DNA of 63,516 nucleotides, filler included, from Reticulomyxa filosa (Eukaryota > Protista > Foraminifera), in assembly GCA_000512085.1 (NCBI GenBank). It is 21 parts of 21 records of this genome, joined end to end, with 100 filler letters (N's around TTAATTAATTAA, not from the genome) between each part and the next. Parts side by side here need not be neighbours in the genome. Positions count along the whole stretch, not along the records: positions 25,893 to 27,335 come from ASPP01037173.1; positions 27,436 to 28,713 come from ASPP01010464.1; positions 28,814 to 33,075 come from ASPP01013059.1; positions 33,176 to 34,486 come from ASPP01020257.1; positions 34,587 to 37,006 come from ASPP01001500.1; positions 37,107 to 38,658 come from ASPP01022763.1; 15 more parts are not named here. The stretch is one strand, 5' to 3'. Position 1 is the stretch's first letter, and every line of letters begins with the position of its first letter. The notes below the pieces were generated by a model, which did not search any database, was not told the DNA's origin, and saw only the letters and a list, made by a program, of their open reading frames with translations. The translations under genes and the position numbers were made by a program. Positions 25,893 through 38,758 of this stretch are shown here, one piece after another.

Positions 25893-27335
25893 TTGATTGG
25901 TTGTGGATTGGAAAGAACCCAAGCGACAACAACGAGAGGTGTACTTGAAGGAGCCAATAGGGTAGCCCCCGAGGTAATGGAGGTGAGCGAGCCAGCTGTG
26001 GGCATAAAGCCAAATGACGACGGCAGAGACATGGACACTAAAGATGAAACAATGAGAGATAATAGAATAGAAAGAATGGATTACGAAGAACCAACGACGG
26101 CAACGACGACAATGGAGGCAATGACAATTGAAATGGCGCGCTTCCAACAGTAACAGTAACAGTGGCATCAAAAGCAATAGCGATAGAAGCAGGAAGGGAA
26201 AGAGAAAGAGAGCCAATTGCAGTCAGTCGCCACAAAGAACGCAAATATGGCCAATGATTGCAAACCGGAATTAGAACATTGCAATCGCTCATCGCGAATC
26301 CACAAGCAGTCGAATATCGTACTCCCGTGGACTGTGATCAAGCTGGTTTAGAAAGTTATCGCAAACATTGCGAAACGACCCATGGACTTGGGCACCATTA
26401 ACGAAAAAATGAAAAGGGTAGAATACACGAACGCCGAAATGTTTGCAAAAGATGTTCGACCAAGTGTGGAAGAATTCTTTGACTTTCAACACTCCAGGAT
26501 CTCCGCTCTATTGTGTCGCTGACAATCTTTCCAAACAATTTGAAAAGAAATTCTCTCACGTATTGAAATATGAAACCAAGTTTTGACAAAGAGACTTTGA
26601 GGACTGAAATGATGCTATATATGTTGTATGTACATCCACATGTACACAGTTTCGTGCCATTTTGTCTTGTCTGTGTTGATTCACAATTTGAAAGGTCCGC
26701 TGTGGATAGTGCGAACAAAGCAGACGGAAGTTATCGCGAACGTCTGACCCAATTAGTGGAGCTTATGTACGAACTAAATTCGATAGACATGGGCAAATTA
26801 ATTAACATCGTTGAAATGAAATGCCCTTTTGTACTCAATGATTTTATCGACAAAGAGGACAAAATCAACAATCCTGAAGAAGAATGCCTAGATATCGAAA
26901 TTATCAATATCCCCATCAGCATATGCACAGAATTAATCGATTTTTGTCAGGCTTGTATTGCCAATTATCCTCAAAATAGCTCCACGAACATCAATACTAT
27001 CGCTGCTAACACCAAAACCGTAGACAATGCCCCCCCTTTAATGACAACACCTGCTGTGCAAATTAAACAAGACCAACCACCAGAACAAAGAGTCAAAGAA
27101 GAGATTAAACCCGAACCTAAAATGTTTGAATCGAGCGGAAATCAGCATGAAAACAATCCTATCCACAACATTGGCACAATAAAAAATGAATAGTCCATGT
27201 CTCAAACAGCCCCGTTGGATAATCCTCATGTGTCTGATGTTGAAATGAGAGAAGTAAATCCAACAAACAACGCCATTCAGACTGGAGACATTAACCATTC
27301 TTATGACACAAACCAAATGATGGTCGATTAAGAAA
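25893..27335 (+). CDS. BET-like bromodomain + ET-domain protein, partial (frameshifted)
   Basis: Across frames: YRTPVD...GLESY, RPMDLGTI.EKM...Y...EMFAKDVR, VWKNSLTFNTPGSPLY.VA..L.KQFE. Then an ET-like LVELMYELNSIDMGKLINIV...LDIEI. Confidence 0.82.
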
Positions 27336-27446
27336 NNNNNNNNNNNNNNNNNNNNNNNNNNNNNNNNNNNNNNNNNNNNTTAATTAATTAANNNNNNNNN
27401 NNNNNNNNNNNNNNNNNNNNNNNNNNNNNNNNNNNGGGGGGGGGGG

Positions 27447-27480
<34 letters not shown>

Positions 27481-27486
27481 ACACAC

Positions 27487-28286
27487 CTGAATTCTCGAGT
27501 AACGTGTCTGCAAAACAGAGTCAAGCCAGTATTGGACTGCAACAATACGCGGATATCACCGTAGCCCTTAATGGCACCTCTGTGGGAAGGCTTCTTGCGG
27601 TGGCCATGAACATGCGCGGGGCCGTCGGAGGAATAGGACAGACTGGGCTCATTGGAGGCTACGTTTTGCGGGAGCATCAGAGTGGAGAGTGGCCCGCTCA
27701 AATTCCTGCCCATGGGAAGGAGGTCAAGATCTGCCGCAGTGGTCACCTTTTTCAACGCGTTGGGCTGTCGTTGCACATCGGGCAGACTCACTGAATGCGA
27801 TTGCGATCGCAGATGAAGCTGTCGACTGTTATTGTTACTGTTATGATTTGGATTGTTATTATTATTATTATTTTATTATTATTATTATTGTTATTGTTAT
27901 TATTGGAGATACTAATCAATGTACTAGAAGGCTGCAGCGAATGTGACAATGGATGAGTGAGAATGTGCGCATTCATTTGATCCTTGTCCTTGTGATCCAA
28001 GTGCTCCACGTGCTCCACATGCTCCACATGCTCCACATGCTCCACGTTCTCGTGCTCCTCTTCGTTGTCGTGGTCCTCCTGAGTCGGTGTCTGGCCGGAT
28101 ATCTTGTCGTGGAACATAATGGGCGACTTGTCAATGGGGTCGTCCATTAACACGTTAATGTCTGGAATCGACTGCGTGGACAAGTTGTTCACTTGGAGGT
28201 GGGTCTTCCCATCTTGCGAAGGGGCAGGAGTCAAGTTGGGATGCACATCTAAACTGATTTTGATTATGTGCAGACCATCATTTGTA

Positions 28287-28327
<41 letters not shown>

Positions 28328-28650
28328 GTCATTGTTATTAGTACTGTTATTACTATAATTGTTATCATTGTGATCCTTTTTCAAACGCAGCTCATTGATG
28401 TTCTCATCACTTGCATTGCTGCCCTTTTGGGGATGAGAGCCCGTCTCATTGTACGACGAATCGACATTGCCGGATTTGGGTTGCTGTCTCATTCGAGGCG
28501 ACTGAAACAAGGGGACGATCACGCTTCCCAGCGAGAGCGATGGCAATGGATTTTTCTGCAAGTAAGGAAACAGCGTCCAAGGCGTCATTGGCAGTTCAAA
28601 TCTCCACAACACCCCCGCTGTCACTACACCATATAGTGACAATACCATTA
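27487..28650 (-). CDS. Probable membrane-anchored RGS-domain protein, partial
   Basis: A hydrophobic helix end (VLSLYGVVTAGVLWRFELP), a long Asn/His-rich linker with (HVE)n, then IRVLLQSNTGLTLFCRHVTREFS, which resembles the first RGS helices. Confidence 0.6.
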
Positions 28651-28652
28651 TT

Positions 28653-28694
<42 letters not shown>

Positions 28695-28965
28695 ACATTA
28701 CAAGCTTTATATCNNNNNNNNNNNNNNNNNNNNNNNNNNNNNNNNNNNNNNNNNNNNTTAATTAATTAANNNNNNNNNNNNNNNNNNNNNNNNNNNNNNN
28801 NNNNNNNNNNNNNAAAAAAAAAAAAAATTATGACAGTAAGATGGGACAAAAAAATAAAAACATGTTGTGTGTATGCATATACGTATATTATAAAATGTAT
28901 ATAAATATAATTGTGTGCAGTTTCTATTTACTCACTCTCTGACTTCATGTCTTGTGTCTTTGTAG

Positions 28966-29857
28966 GCGGCATTGCATCATTACTGTGCTGTTTTATTTGA
29001 AGATGGTGTGTTTTCCTCTTTTCTCATTTCAAATAGCAACAAAATAACAGCCACAGCTATAATATTATATACATACATACATATATATATTTATTTGTAA
29101 GGTATTTTTTCTTTTGATTGACTGATTGATTGAAATTAGAACGAATTAATGCTATGCATGAATCGTTGAATTTGTTCGACGAAATTTGCAATCACAAACA
29201 GTTTCGAACTACGGAAATGATTTTGTTTTTAAACGGAGGTATTTCACCACTCCCCCCCTTTTTTTTTTTTGTTTTGAACATTTTTATAAACCATTCAAAA
29301 AAAATATCTTTATATGTATGTATACCCTTTTGCCATATTGTACTCCAAAGATGACTTGTTTCAAGCTCGTCTGAAAGAAGGCAAATCTCTCTCCGTTTGT
29401 TTTAATTGCGATGAGTGGGACTACAATGGCGAAGTTTACGAAGGTGAGTTGTATGTTCGGTCGTTTGAACGAGGAGAGAGATTCAAACCACATTCCAATT
29501 GTTTGATGTTTGTTTGATATATTGCTTCTTTCTCTCTTCCCCTTACGTGCACAAGGTCCCAACTACACCGATCCATTAGAAATTCGTCCACCGTTTTATA
29601 TGAAGGTTACTGACAAAGGATCAGAGCCAATGCAAATAGACTTGACAGATGGCGATGATAAAAAGTGGTTCGATTACATTTATTTTGAGAGTCTCAAGTT
29701 TATTCACAAACAATACATTAGTCGAAATGCAAACCCTCGTAGAGCTGTTTTCTTGCATATCACAAATGCAACAAGTGCAGACAGCATTCAAAAAGTTTTT
29801 TGGGATGTTCAAAATATTGTCATTCGATCCAATCTGAAAAGATCAGGGCTTGTATAA
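28966..29857 (+). CDS. Heterotrimeric G-protein alpha subunit, C-terminal part, multi-exon
   Basis: YCAVLFED|.[16 protein letters not shown]...F..T.MILFLN|KDDLF (G4 motif), then HITNATS..IQKVF.DVQ.IVIR.NL..SGLV. Confidence 0.92.
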
Positions 29858-31177
29858 TGCCACATTATCTTTACTCTTTTCGTGATGGTTACAAAAGAAA
29901 GCAAAATTTTGAAAAACAAAAAAAAAAAAAAAAAAAAAAACACTTTTTATCCTTTTGAGTAAGTTTTTTCTTTTTTTTTTCACCTCCGTCCGACTTGCCT
30001 TCGACTTTTTACGAATATTTTTTTTCTTCAAAGGCTTTGGCAGTGAGATAATATATTTTTGGCTGGTTTTTTTTTCTCCTTTTGTCAATCATTTATGCTT
30101 GATTTGTTGTTTATTACGTCAAAAATCAATCCAATTGATTAGATAACAACTCTGCAATTTTTGCGTTATTTGTGCAAAGATGGTTAGAAACAAACAAGTG
30201 TTTAGAGTATTTACAGCGTAGCAAGATTAGTGGCCGACGCGACCAAAAACGTGTTTTTTGTCCTTAAATCTCACATAAATTTATGGACACAAATTTAGAG
30301 CAAAACCTACAAAAAAAAAAGAGTGTAAGTATCTGTGCGTGAAGAGGAACACGAATTCACAAATTCTATGTCATGGTATAAAACAAAAGACTTTTACATC
30401 TTAGAATTTACAGTCTAAAGGTTAGTAAAAAAGGTTTCAAAACCGTGACCAAAGTGAAAGGGCTTTAACCTTTCCTTTTCACCTTCACCAAAAGTTTTCT
30501 CTTGTTCCTTTATTTTCATTTGTGCTTGTGTCTCGTGACTTATTTTCTTATTTAATTTACTTTTGTTTTACTGACAGTTCATTCCGTTAACAAACTCTTT
30601 CGTATTACAATAACCACTCCCTACGTCTTTAACGTACTGTGTTACGCTGTGCAATTTTTAAAAGACTTCCATTAATGACTACTATCAGTTGTTAAAAGAG
30701 ATGTCTTGTTCAGAAGAAAAGAAAAAATTTTAATTGCAGAATAGAAAATTAATTTTTTGTTGATCAACATTAAAGAACGCACTATAAAATATGCACTTTT
30801 CTATGAAAATTACAAAAAAAGCAAAAAGAAAAAATAGATTGCCTACACTCCCACAACATACAAAATCAAATAAGGCTTATTAACATCATTTTTTGACACA
30901 AGCAAACAAAAATTGAACTGAACAACAATGTTTCCTCTCGTTTTTGAGTTGATTAAATTATTAAGTCAGTTTTTTGGAAAATGTAACAAAAAAAGGAAAA
31001 ATTGAATTTGGGTCTACAAACAACAAACAGATGAGACTGCTAAAAGGGAAGACATTGATGACAGGTCTTGTTGTTGCAGAACAGTAGAAACATTTATTTT
31101 TGACTAAATTATAATTATGACAATAAGAATTGACAGTATACTCATGATAAAGTATATTATATTTTCAAAAATAACAT

Positions 31178-31232
31178 GGTCTGGTAGCTCAATGTAGAGC
31201 ATGCGTCTGCCACGTAATGTGGTATCACAAAG
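31178..31232 (+). pseudogene. tRNA-like 5' fragment (A-box/D-arm; possible Gly-GCC origin)
   Basis: GGTCTGG TA GCTC AATGTA GAGC A TGCGT CTGCC ACGTA. The D-stem is perfect and the anticodon stem pairs around a short loop; there is no intact GTTCRA or acceptor 3' strand. Confidence 0.5.
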
Positions 31233-32675
31233 CATCATTGCTCCGTACTTGAATCACTTAATGTGTCTGGAAATTCCTGACCATTTATCTGAAACAGGTT
31301 ACGATCGAAAAATGTAAAAGCATAGCCAAGTTTCCATAACTAACAGTGCTTTAACGGTATGATAAATTTTGATGAAAACTCTGGCAGTTCGCATGGTTGT
31401 GAGTGCAAGTCTCACCCAGACCAATAGCAATTTTTTTTTTTAATTTAAAATAATAATGTGATCGTTGAAAACTGTGACAAAAGGAAATGAGCAATACAAT
31501 GATAAACAAATTATTGTGACTGTTGACAAACTTGTATTGTAAGAAATAAAGAGCAAATAAGTAGTTTCTTGGATAATAAATATCCAACTTGTATAAATGC
31601 ATAATGTGCAGCTGAAGAGTGCATAGACACTTGTAACTCGTGTTTGATTGTTTAATTGATCATTTAAGACCATTTTTTCCATATGTTGTAATTATGTTTT
31701 AATGAAAAATTACATGTGAAAGAGAATAATGAAGGAATTTGCAATTTTTTTATCTTCAAAGCTGTAACGAAAATTTTGAATACCAAAAGTCCATCAAATG
31801 TATTTGACATCTAAAAGAGCCCAAATGAAATCTTTCTTGAACCCAAACAATTTAAATATACCATTTCTGATGCTACACTGCTGAAGATGAAAGCAATCAA
31901 CTCAAAAGTGTTGATGATAAATTAACACCAGAAGATATCAAAATCAATTCGCTTTCTCCTGTAAAAAGAGTTATTTGTCTTAAGATGAAAGTCTCTTTAA
32001 TAGCTGACAGTGTCATTCATCAACGTTATATAACCTTTTTTTTTAAATCAAATTGATCAAACAATGATTTTTTTGTTGAAAATTTAAGAAATTCCAGATT
32101 ATGATAACTTTTATTTGAACAAAATACAATATATTTCTGTTAGTGACAATTAAAATATAATTTCTTTTATTTAAAATAAATTCGTACTTTTCTCAAATAA
32201 CTAAAATAAACTTCACAAAAAAGCACAGATGCTTGGTAATTGCTTCTATTTCTAAAAGTTGTAAACATTGGCTTCACTAACACTGAGTTTACTTTGTTGT
32301 GCAGCTCCATGACAGGAAAAAAAAATAAAAAATGGAACTACGTTCCCCCTTGTCAATTGTTGATCTAATTAATTTTTTTCGTGAATAACATAACAACTGA
32401 CTTAAGTAGTGAACATTTGATTTAAAAACATTTTTTTGAATAAAACTAGGTCATTTTTAAAAACACGCTCAAAAAAAAAATGACCCACAATTTAAATAAA
32501 AAAAGAAAGTAAAATTTTTTCTTTTGCAATTGTACTTTCAAATGGAATAATTATTAAACGGAAAAGACTACGTAATGGCATATATATTATTTTGAAAAAA
32601 GCTGTTTTCGTTTAAAAAACTCTTAGAAAGGTGACGCGTTTTTGTTTGAAGAATTTTTCTTTATCATACGAACAA

Positions 32676-33075
32676 TGCTTTTTCCAAGTTGGCAGAGCCT
32701 TGTGCCCATTGATGTCGTGGGGATTTTGGATGCAAAGACTTCAACAGAAGCAAATTTAACTTTGAAACAAGTCGAAGAACTAAGTACAAAAGTAAAGGAA
32801 TACTGCAAAAGAGTGGAAGTATTTGTGAATCGAATATTTATATTGGAATTATTATTGACATTATTTACAGTAATAATGTCAGCATTTCGTGTAAATCCTT
32901 ATTTATTACGAGTGATAATAGGTAAAAGAGATTTACGTGTAAATCAACCTACTGCAATGACAGCATTTTTAATTGCACGTTATCTTCGAACATCATCATT
33001 TATTATATTAATTGATATGATTAGTTATATAAATATTATTTTATTAATATTAGATTTATTATATGGACTTTATTT
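32676..33075 (+). CDS. Hypothetical membrane protein fragment
   Basis: Open frame with two hydrophobic stretches, running into the contig end. Confidence 0.35.
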
Positions 33076-33175
33076 NNNNNNNNNNNNNNNNNNNNNNNNN
33101 NNNNNNNNNNNNNNNNNNNTTAATTAATTAANNNNNNNNNNNNNNNNNNNNNNNNNNNNNNNNNNNNNNNNNNNN

Positions 33176-34473
33176 TTGTTCTTCTTGTTCTTCTTGTTCT
33201 TCTTCTTCTCGTTTATCTTAATCTTTTTCTTTTTTGCACTATCGTGTTGCCCCTCGCCATTCGTCTGTCTTTGGCTAGACGCGCCTGCATTGTCGTCGCT
33301 GTCGTCGAAAGAGTACAGACTTTCGTGGTCATTCTCATGGGTCAGATGCGGCGGAGACAGATTCCAATCGTCCTTTGTGGTGTTGCGAACATGGCGGCGA
33401 CTGGACGCCTTGGCGTGACTGTGAACTCGCACACTCGCCCTTGTCGCCCTCGTCGTCTTTGTCTTTGTCTTTGTCTTTGTCTTTGGCGTGTCATTCGAAG
33501 TCACTACTCGCGGACGCAGGTCATTGATATTACCTCGGCTTACACTTACCACTCCGACTGGCGACGTTCTCCGCACTCGCACTTGCATTTCCAACGACTC
33601 GTCTTCTGGCGACCGGCTCTCCTCTGTCGACACTGTGGGCACCGACACTTTATACGCGTTATCCATCACACGTGGGATTGCTATCGCTGGGATCTTGTTT
33701 CTTTCTACTTGTGCATATATACATATATACATATGCACATATCATGCAAGAGATTATATTGACAGAAATGTACGTAAAAAAAAAAAGAAACAAGAGCAAG
33801 TGCGAAAACCCGTGTTTTTCATTTTCCCTTTTTTTTTTTTTTTTTTTTTTTAAGAAATAATTTAACGTGGTGTGTTTCGTTTAAATCTTGTGGGTGAAAG
33901 TGCATTGAGAGTGGGTGTTTTTGAGACAATAGTGCGGTTGGAATGGCGACTTGTGTGTGAAGAAGAGGAGTGCATAGCAACAGTAGCAGCATCAGCATCA
34001 GCATCAGCATCAGCATCAGCATTAGCACCTGCAATGGCGATGCTGCGCAGTGGCATGGAAGTAAACTGCGTATGAAGATTCGTGGAAAGTTCGACGCGCT
34101 GAGTGGTAGCAGTAGCAGTAGCAGGGATGGTGGTTGCTGTGGCACTTGTAACAGTAGTAGCAGTAGTAGCAGTAGTAGTAGCAGGAGTGGTGGCAATGAC
34201 AATATGCGGCGTGCGCGACTTTGGATGCTGAAAACGTTGTTTGAAGAGAAAAGCTTTTTCCGCAGCTTGCTTTGATATAAAGTGGTTGTCTTCATACGAA
34301 TTGCTACTGCTCTCATCGTAGCCTTTTGGCGCTTCTCTTTCATTCGCACTTGTCTTTGCTCCCTTGTTACGCATCAGTCCAATAAATTCGTCGCCGGACA
34401 AATACCGAATTTTTTTTTTGAGAATTAGGGCCTCATTCGGCTTGATTGACGGTGGTTGGTGATGCAAATGCAA
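33176..34473 (-). CDS. Hypothetical low-complexity protein, partial, 2 exons
   Basis: Two long same-strand ORFs with (TA)n, (AD)n and (TK)n amino-acid tracts, flanking a poly-A/TA intron. Confidence 0.5.
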
Positions 34474-34586
34474 ATTACTTTTTTTTNNNNNNNNNNNNNN
34501 NNNNNNNNNNNNNNNNNNNNNNNNNNNNNNTTAATTAATTAANNNNNNNNNNNNNNNNNNNNNNNNNNNNNNNNNNNNNNNNNNNN

Positions 34587-35582
34587 GATTGGACAATAAA
34601 AAGATTGGAAAAAGAAATTGATGAAACGAATTTGTCGGATCAGTATGAAAAAAATATTGAAGATGTAAATCGCAACAATGCAAAAATAGTGACAAGTCAC
34701 AAATATTTAGACACAAATGTATTGAATGGAGGCATTGGAAAAAGGGAAATAACAGAAATTTGTGGACTGAGTGGAAGCGGTAAAACGCCATTTGTGATGC
34801 AATTGGCATTGAATTGTGCAATGATTCCATCTCAATTAGGAGGTTTGAGCACATATCCAAACACCAAAGCAGTAATTATTGACACTACCCAACGCATCAA
34901 AATGTCGAGACTTTATGAAATAAGTGAGCATTTGTGGAAAAACTTGAATGAAATGATGAAACGCCGTAAGGCTTTACTAAGTCATCCCTCATCAACAGCA
35001 TCCACATCACTATCATCATCCAATCTCAATGAAACTGGTAGTGGAGTGTTGAAAAAAGATTATTTAGATAGAATATATTTATTCAAAATTTACAGTCAAG
35101 AACAATTTTTGGCAATGTTTTTTGAAAATATTTTATATGAGTTTATGAAAAAGCCAGAAAACAAATTTGTGAAATTAATAATTATTGATGATTTTACGTA
35201 TTATTTAAAGCACATTGACAAAGTGCACGGTAGCAAAATTGCGTATAGTTCCAACACTGTGTTACAAATTGGCCAAATCCTTCAAACTATTGCCGACGAA
35301 TTTGATTGTGCTGTTGTAGTAGTAAATACATTGACCACCAAATTTTATTCTGCTGTTGGAAATGCTTCTGGCGATGCTTGGGATTTCACAACGGGTAATG
35401 TTCTTATCACTCCTTCTTTGGGAAATGTGTGGAGCCATTTCATTACGAATCGACTTCTTTTTTATATTTCAGACAACAAAAAAATTATTCGAGTTGCCAA
35501 ATCGCCTTTTATTCCTGTTGGCACTACTTGTGAGTTTTTTATTGGCAAGCAGGGCTTTTCACACATTCCGATGCAGACATAA
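34587..35582 (+). CDS. RAD51 paralog (RAD51C-like), 5'-partial
   Basis: LD..LNGGI....ITEICGLSGSGKT (Walker A), MQLALN..IP.QLGG, AVIIDT, KLIIIDD (Walker B), AVVVVN.LTTK, PSLG.VWSH..TNRL. Confidence 0.88.
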   Translation, partial: DWTIKRLEKEIDETNLSDQYEKNIEDVNRNNAKIVTSHKYLDTNVLNGGIGKREITEICGLSGSGKTPFVMQLALNCAMIPSQLGGLSTYPNTKAVIIDTTQRIKMSRLYEISEHLWKNLNEMMKRRKALLSHPSSTASTSLSSSNLNETGSGVLKKDYLDRIYLFKIYSQEQFLAMFFENILYEFMKKPENKFVKLIIIDDFTYYLKHIDKVHGSKIAYSSNTVLQIGQILQTIADEFDCAVVVVNTLTTKFYSAVGNASGDAWDFTTGNVLITPSLGNVWSHFITNRLLFYISDNKKIIRVAKSPFIPVGTTCEFFIGKQGFSHIPMQT

Positions 35583-35714
35583 TTTTCACGTGGACAAATT
35601 TTACCATTTTTATCAAAATTGAAGATGTGAACATCGAAAGAAAATTTCTTTTAATTTCATAAATGTATTTATAAGTAGCAAAAAATCCATGAAACATTCA
35701 AATCACAAAAGTTG

Positions 35715-37006
35715 TTATATACTTTCAGCAATTTTCTTTGCAACTTCAAAAGTTCCTCTGGACAGACTTTCCCAACGCAATAATTTTTCTATTTCCCCAC
35801 CAATAACGTCTTTGCATTTATTATCCAAACCGGTAACTACTTCAAACCCCTTACATAGCCTGGCAGCTACTGATGGGTTCCTTTGATCATGAACCAAAAC
35901 TTGATCTGCCAAAAACGAATAACCTTGTCCATCACTTCGATGAAAATTCAGAGGATTTGCAAACACAAATCCTCCAACCAATGCGTAAATGAAATTTGGA
36001 TTGTGTGAGTCATAAGATGGATGATCCAACAAGTTTAACACTATTCAAAACACCATACAATCATTTGTTTATAAATTCACAAAATAAAATACTTTGAAGA
36101 TAAAATCATATCACACCATTTAAATACATACCATGACTTAAAGCATCAGGATGACAAGCAGTTGATTGTAATCTCAACCACTTTTGAATCACCAATGGAT
36201 TATCTGCAAAATTTTTGTAAAAGTGTTGAAGTAATTCTTGGCGAATGGGTTGAACTTGAGGTCTTTGACACGACACAATTGCGTTCATTGATCCCATAAC
36301 CTCTGTCATATTTCTTGCAAAGTCATATTGTTCTCTACAAATTTTCTGTGCTTGTTCATACTCTCCCTCCGTTTTGTCGTCATGATCAGTCATCAAAAAT
36401 TCCAAACACAAATTTAGCAAGCTGCGATAACTTCTTCCATGTTTCCAACCTTCATAGGTTTTAGCATACTGTGGATGTAATGACAACTGTGATAATTGGT
36501 CACGACACCTGTTCCGAATCATGTTCAACTACTTGCACTTACAAATGCATTACGTATAAAAAGACGTTTGAATGAACAACTTACCAAGTGTAACAGTTGA
36601 TAAATTGAGGATAAAGAGAATATCCAAGACTGCTTCGCAAATGTTCAATAGATCGAACAAGGATTGTTGGATCACAACAGCGAGTGCTCTGACTTTCTGC
36701 GATTAAGGGAAACAAATAATCAAACGAAGGTAAAGCCAATTGCCTTGCAGTTAACAGAGGGTTGTGCTTATTTGTTCGTAGTAGTTGATCTGCGCCAATT
36801 AGATCATCAACAAATAATTGTTTCGCTCGATCTTGATTTTCATAATATTCATTATCGTCAGAATCCGCCAAAAATTGGTGAGGGATGCGTTGTTTTGATT
36901 TTTTTTCTTTTTCATCTCTCAATATGTGTTTGCGACGTAGACTTGTCTTCTGCGTTTTGTGGTCTGTCAAAATATCTTCTGGAATGTAAGGGTGCAATAG
37001 CATTTT
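35715..37006 (-). CDS. Aminopeptidase N (M1, PepN type), C-terminal part, 3+ exons
   Basis: L.LPSFDYL, RSLLNLCL, NMTEVMG, FY..F.DNPLV..KW..LQS, HP.YD.HNPN..YALVGGF...NP..FH..DG.GY.FLADQV...D..NPSVAARL. Confidence 0.92.
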
Positions 37007-37106
37007 NNNNNNNNNNNNNNNNNNNNNNNNNNNNNNNNNNNNNNNNNNNNTTAATTAATTAANNNNNNNNNNNNNNNNNNNNNNNNNNNNNNNNNNNNNN
37101 NNNNNN

Positions 37107-37212
37107 ACGATTCGTAGATATTTTTTAAATAAAAAAATTTTGATTAAATGTTGTTTTTTCATGGAGAAAAGGTGGCATTTTAGGTGTCAACTTTCTTTTT
37201 TATCCTACTGTA
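37107..37212 (-). mobile_element. Tc1/mariner-like terminal sequence (TA|CAGTAGGATAAAAAAGAAAGTTGACACCTAAAATGCCACC)
   Basis: About 30 nt near-identical to 15361-15393; similarity stops at ACTG|TA. Confidence 0.7.
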
Positions 37213-38758
37213 TAACGAAACAAGTAAACGTTACATAGCAACTTGGTTAAAGAGACAATACAATGAAACATTAAATATAAATAAAAATAACAACAAAGCA
37301 AGACATTATGTTACATTTTATTGTAAAAAAAAAATTTAAATTGAGCAGCACATCATAACTTAAACTTTTGATTTGTCTTTTTTGGCATATTTTTTTGTTG
37401 TATTATTACTGAAATGTCAATGATCAATAATTAGAAAAAAGTCTTAAATCAGAACGTTTTTACGATGAATAGATGGTAAGCGTCGCTTATTTTTATATTA
37501 GTTTACAATATTTTTTTTGAAGTTGATAAAAACTTGTGTTGATTCAATTGCTTTAATACTTTGCAGTGAAGCTGTTTATAAAAATATATAAACACTCAAA
37601 ATTATTGCATTGGCAGCATTTTTTCAAATCTAATGGAACAATGTGAAATGATTAAAGAATTTGGCACGCCATTTGACAGATACACAAAAACAAAAGTTAA
37701 TCTCACTTCCAAATCGTTTATTAAATCGTGTGGAAGTATTCAAAACCAAAGTCATTGTTTTCACAAATACTGTAACTGAAGTGATTGCAATACTGTTATT
37801 CGCCATAGTGTTACAACAGCAAATTGCATTTATATGTGATGTCATTTTTTTCTTTGACTTCCAGCAAGCCCGAAAAAAGACAACTGTGTTTATGTGAATT
37901 ACGACGTGTATTATTCATTGATTAAACTTTTAAATAAACGTTTCTATTCCATAAAGTATGTGAAATGTAGCTGTGCAGAAGAAGTGTTGAAGAAGGATAG
38001 ATTACTAAAACTAAGAGATAACCTGGATCAAAATATTATATTGAAGTGAAATATGTGTTGGATCGATTGATACAAATCCCTTGCCAATTCGTATTGGTTG
38101 CTCTGGGATCATTGGGACGTGAAGAAGAGATGCCTTTCGGATATTGAGTGCGCTTATTTAATTGCTGAAGACACTACCGAAATGCGTTGGAAAAACCCCG
38201 ATGAATTATTGAGTTTGTTTGAAAATTGCAACGAACATGTGCAAATAATTCGCAGTGGCTTGCACGCCATCACTTTTGTATGCCACATCACAGCTCAGAT
38301 TTGTTGAATCACACACTACTTCACTTGGTTACTGTGTAAAAACAGCTCAAAAAATTAATAAACTGTCATATGTCAAAGACAATTTCATCAAAATTTGAAA
38401 ATAATTGATGTAAAAATATTTTTTTAGCAAGCAAAGTGCTGGCGTGCAAGGATAAAGTACATTAAAGTGTCAACATTTTATACTTTTGAGAAATTGGATA
38501 TGAACAATGGAAAATATCCATTTTATTTTCTTTTATTGTTCATCAAATTGCAACAAAATTATTGATACCTTTTTCTTGATTAAAAAAAAAAAAATTCATG
38601 TTCGAACGCTCTTAAATAAGAACGAATATTTTTTCATAAAACATTGCTATAATAAATTNNNNNNNNNNNNNNNNNNNNNNNNNNNNNNNNNNNNNNNNNN
38701 NNTTAATTAATTAANNNNNNNNNNNNNNNNNNNNNNNNNNNNNNNNNNNNNNNNNNNN

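Noticed and set aside
27436-29857. RGS-like gene next to G-alpha as a signalling cluster
   Set aside because: They are on different contigs separated by a linker.
34587-35582. RAD51 paralog as evidence of meiosis
   Set aside because: The motifs fit RAD51C-type general repair paralogs, not DMC1.
37630-38307. Short ORFs next to the Tc1-like end
   Set aside because: No transposase or other recognisable motif, and they lie outside the element end.
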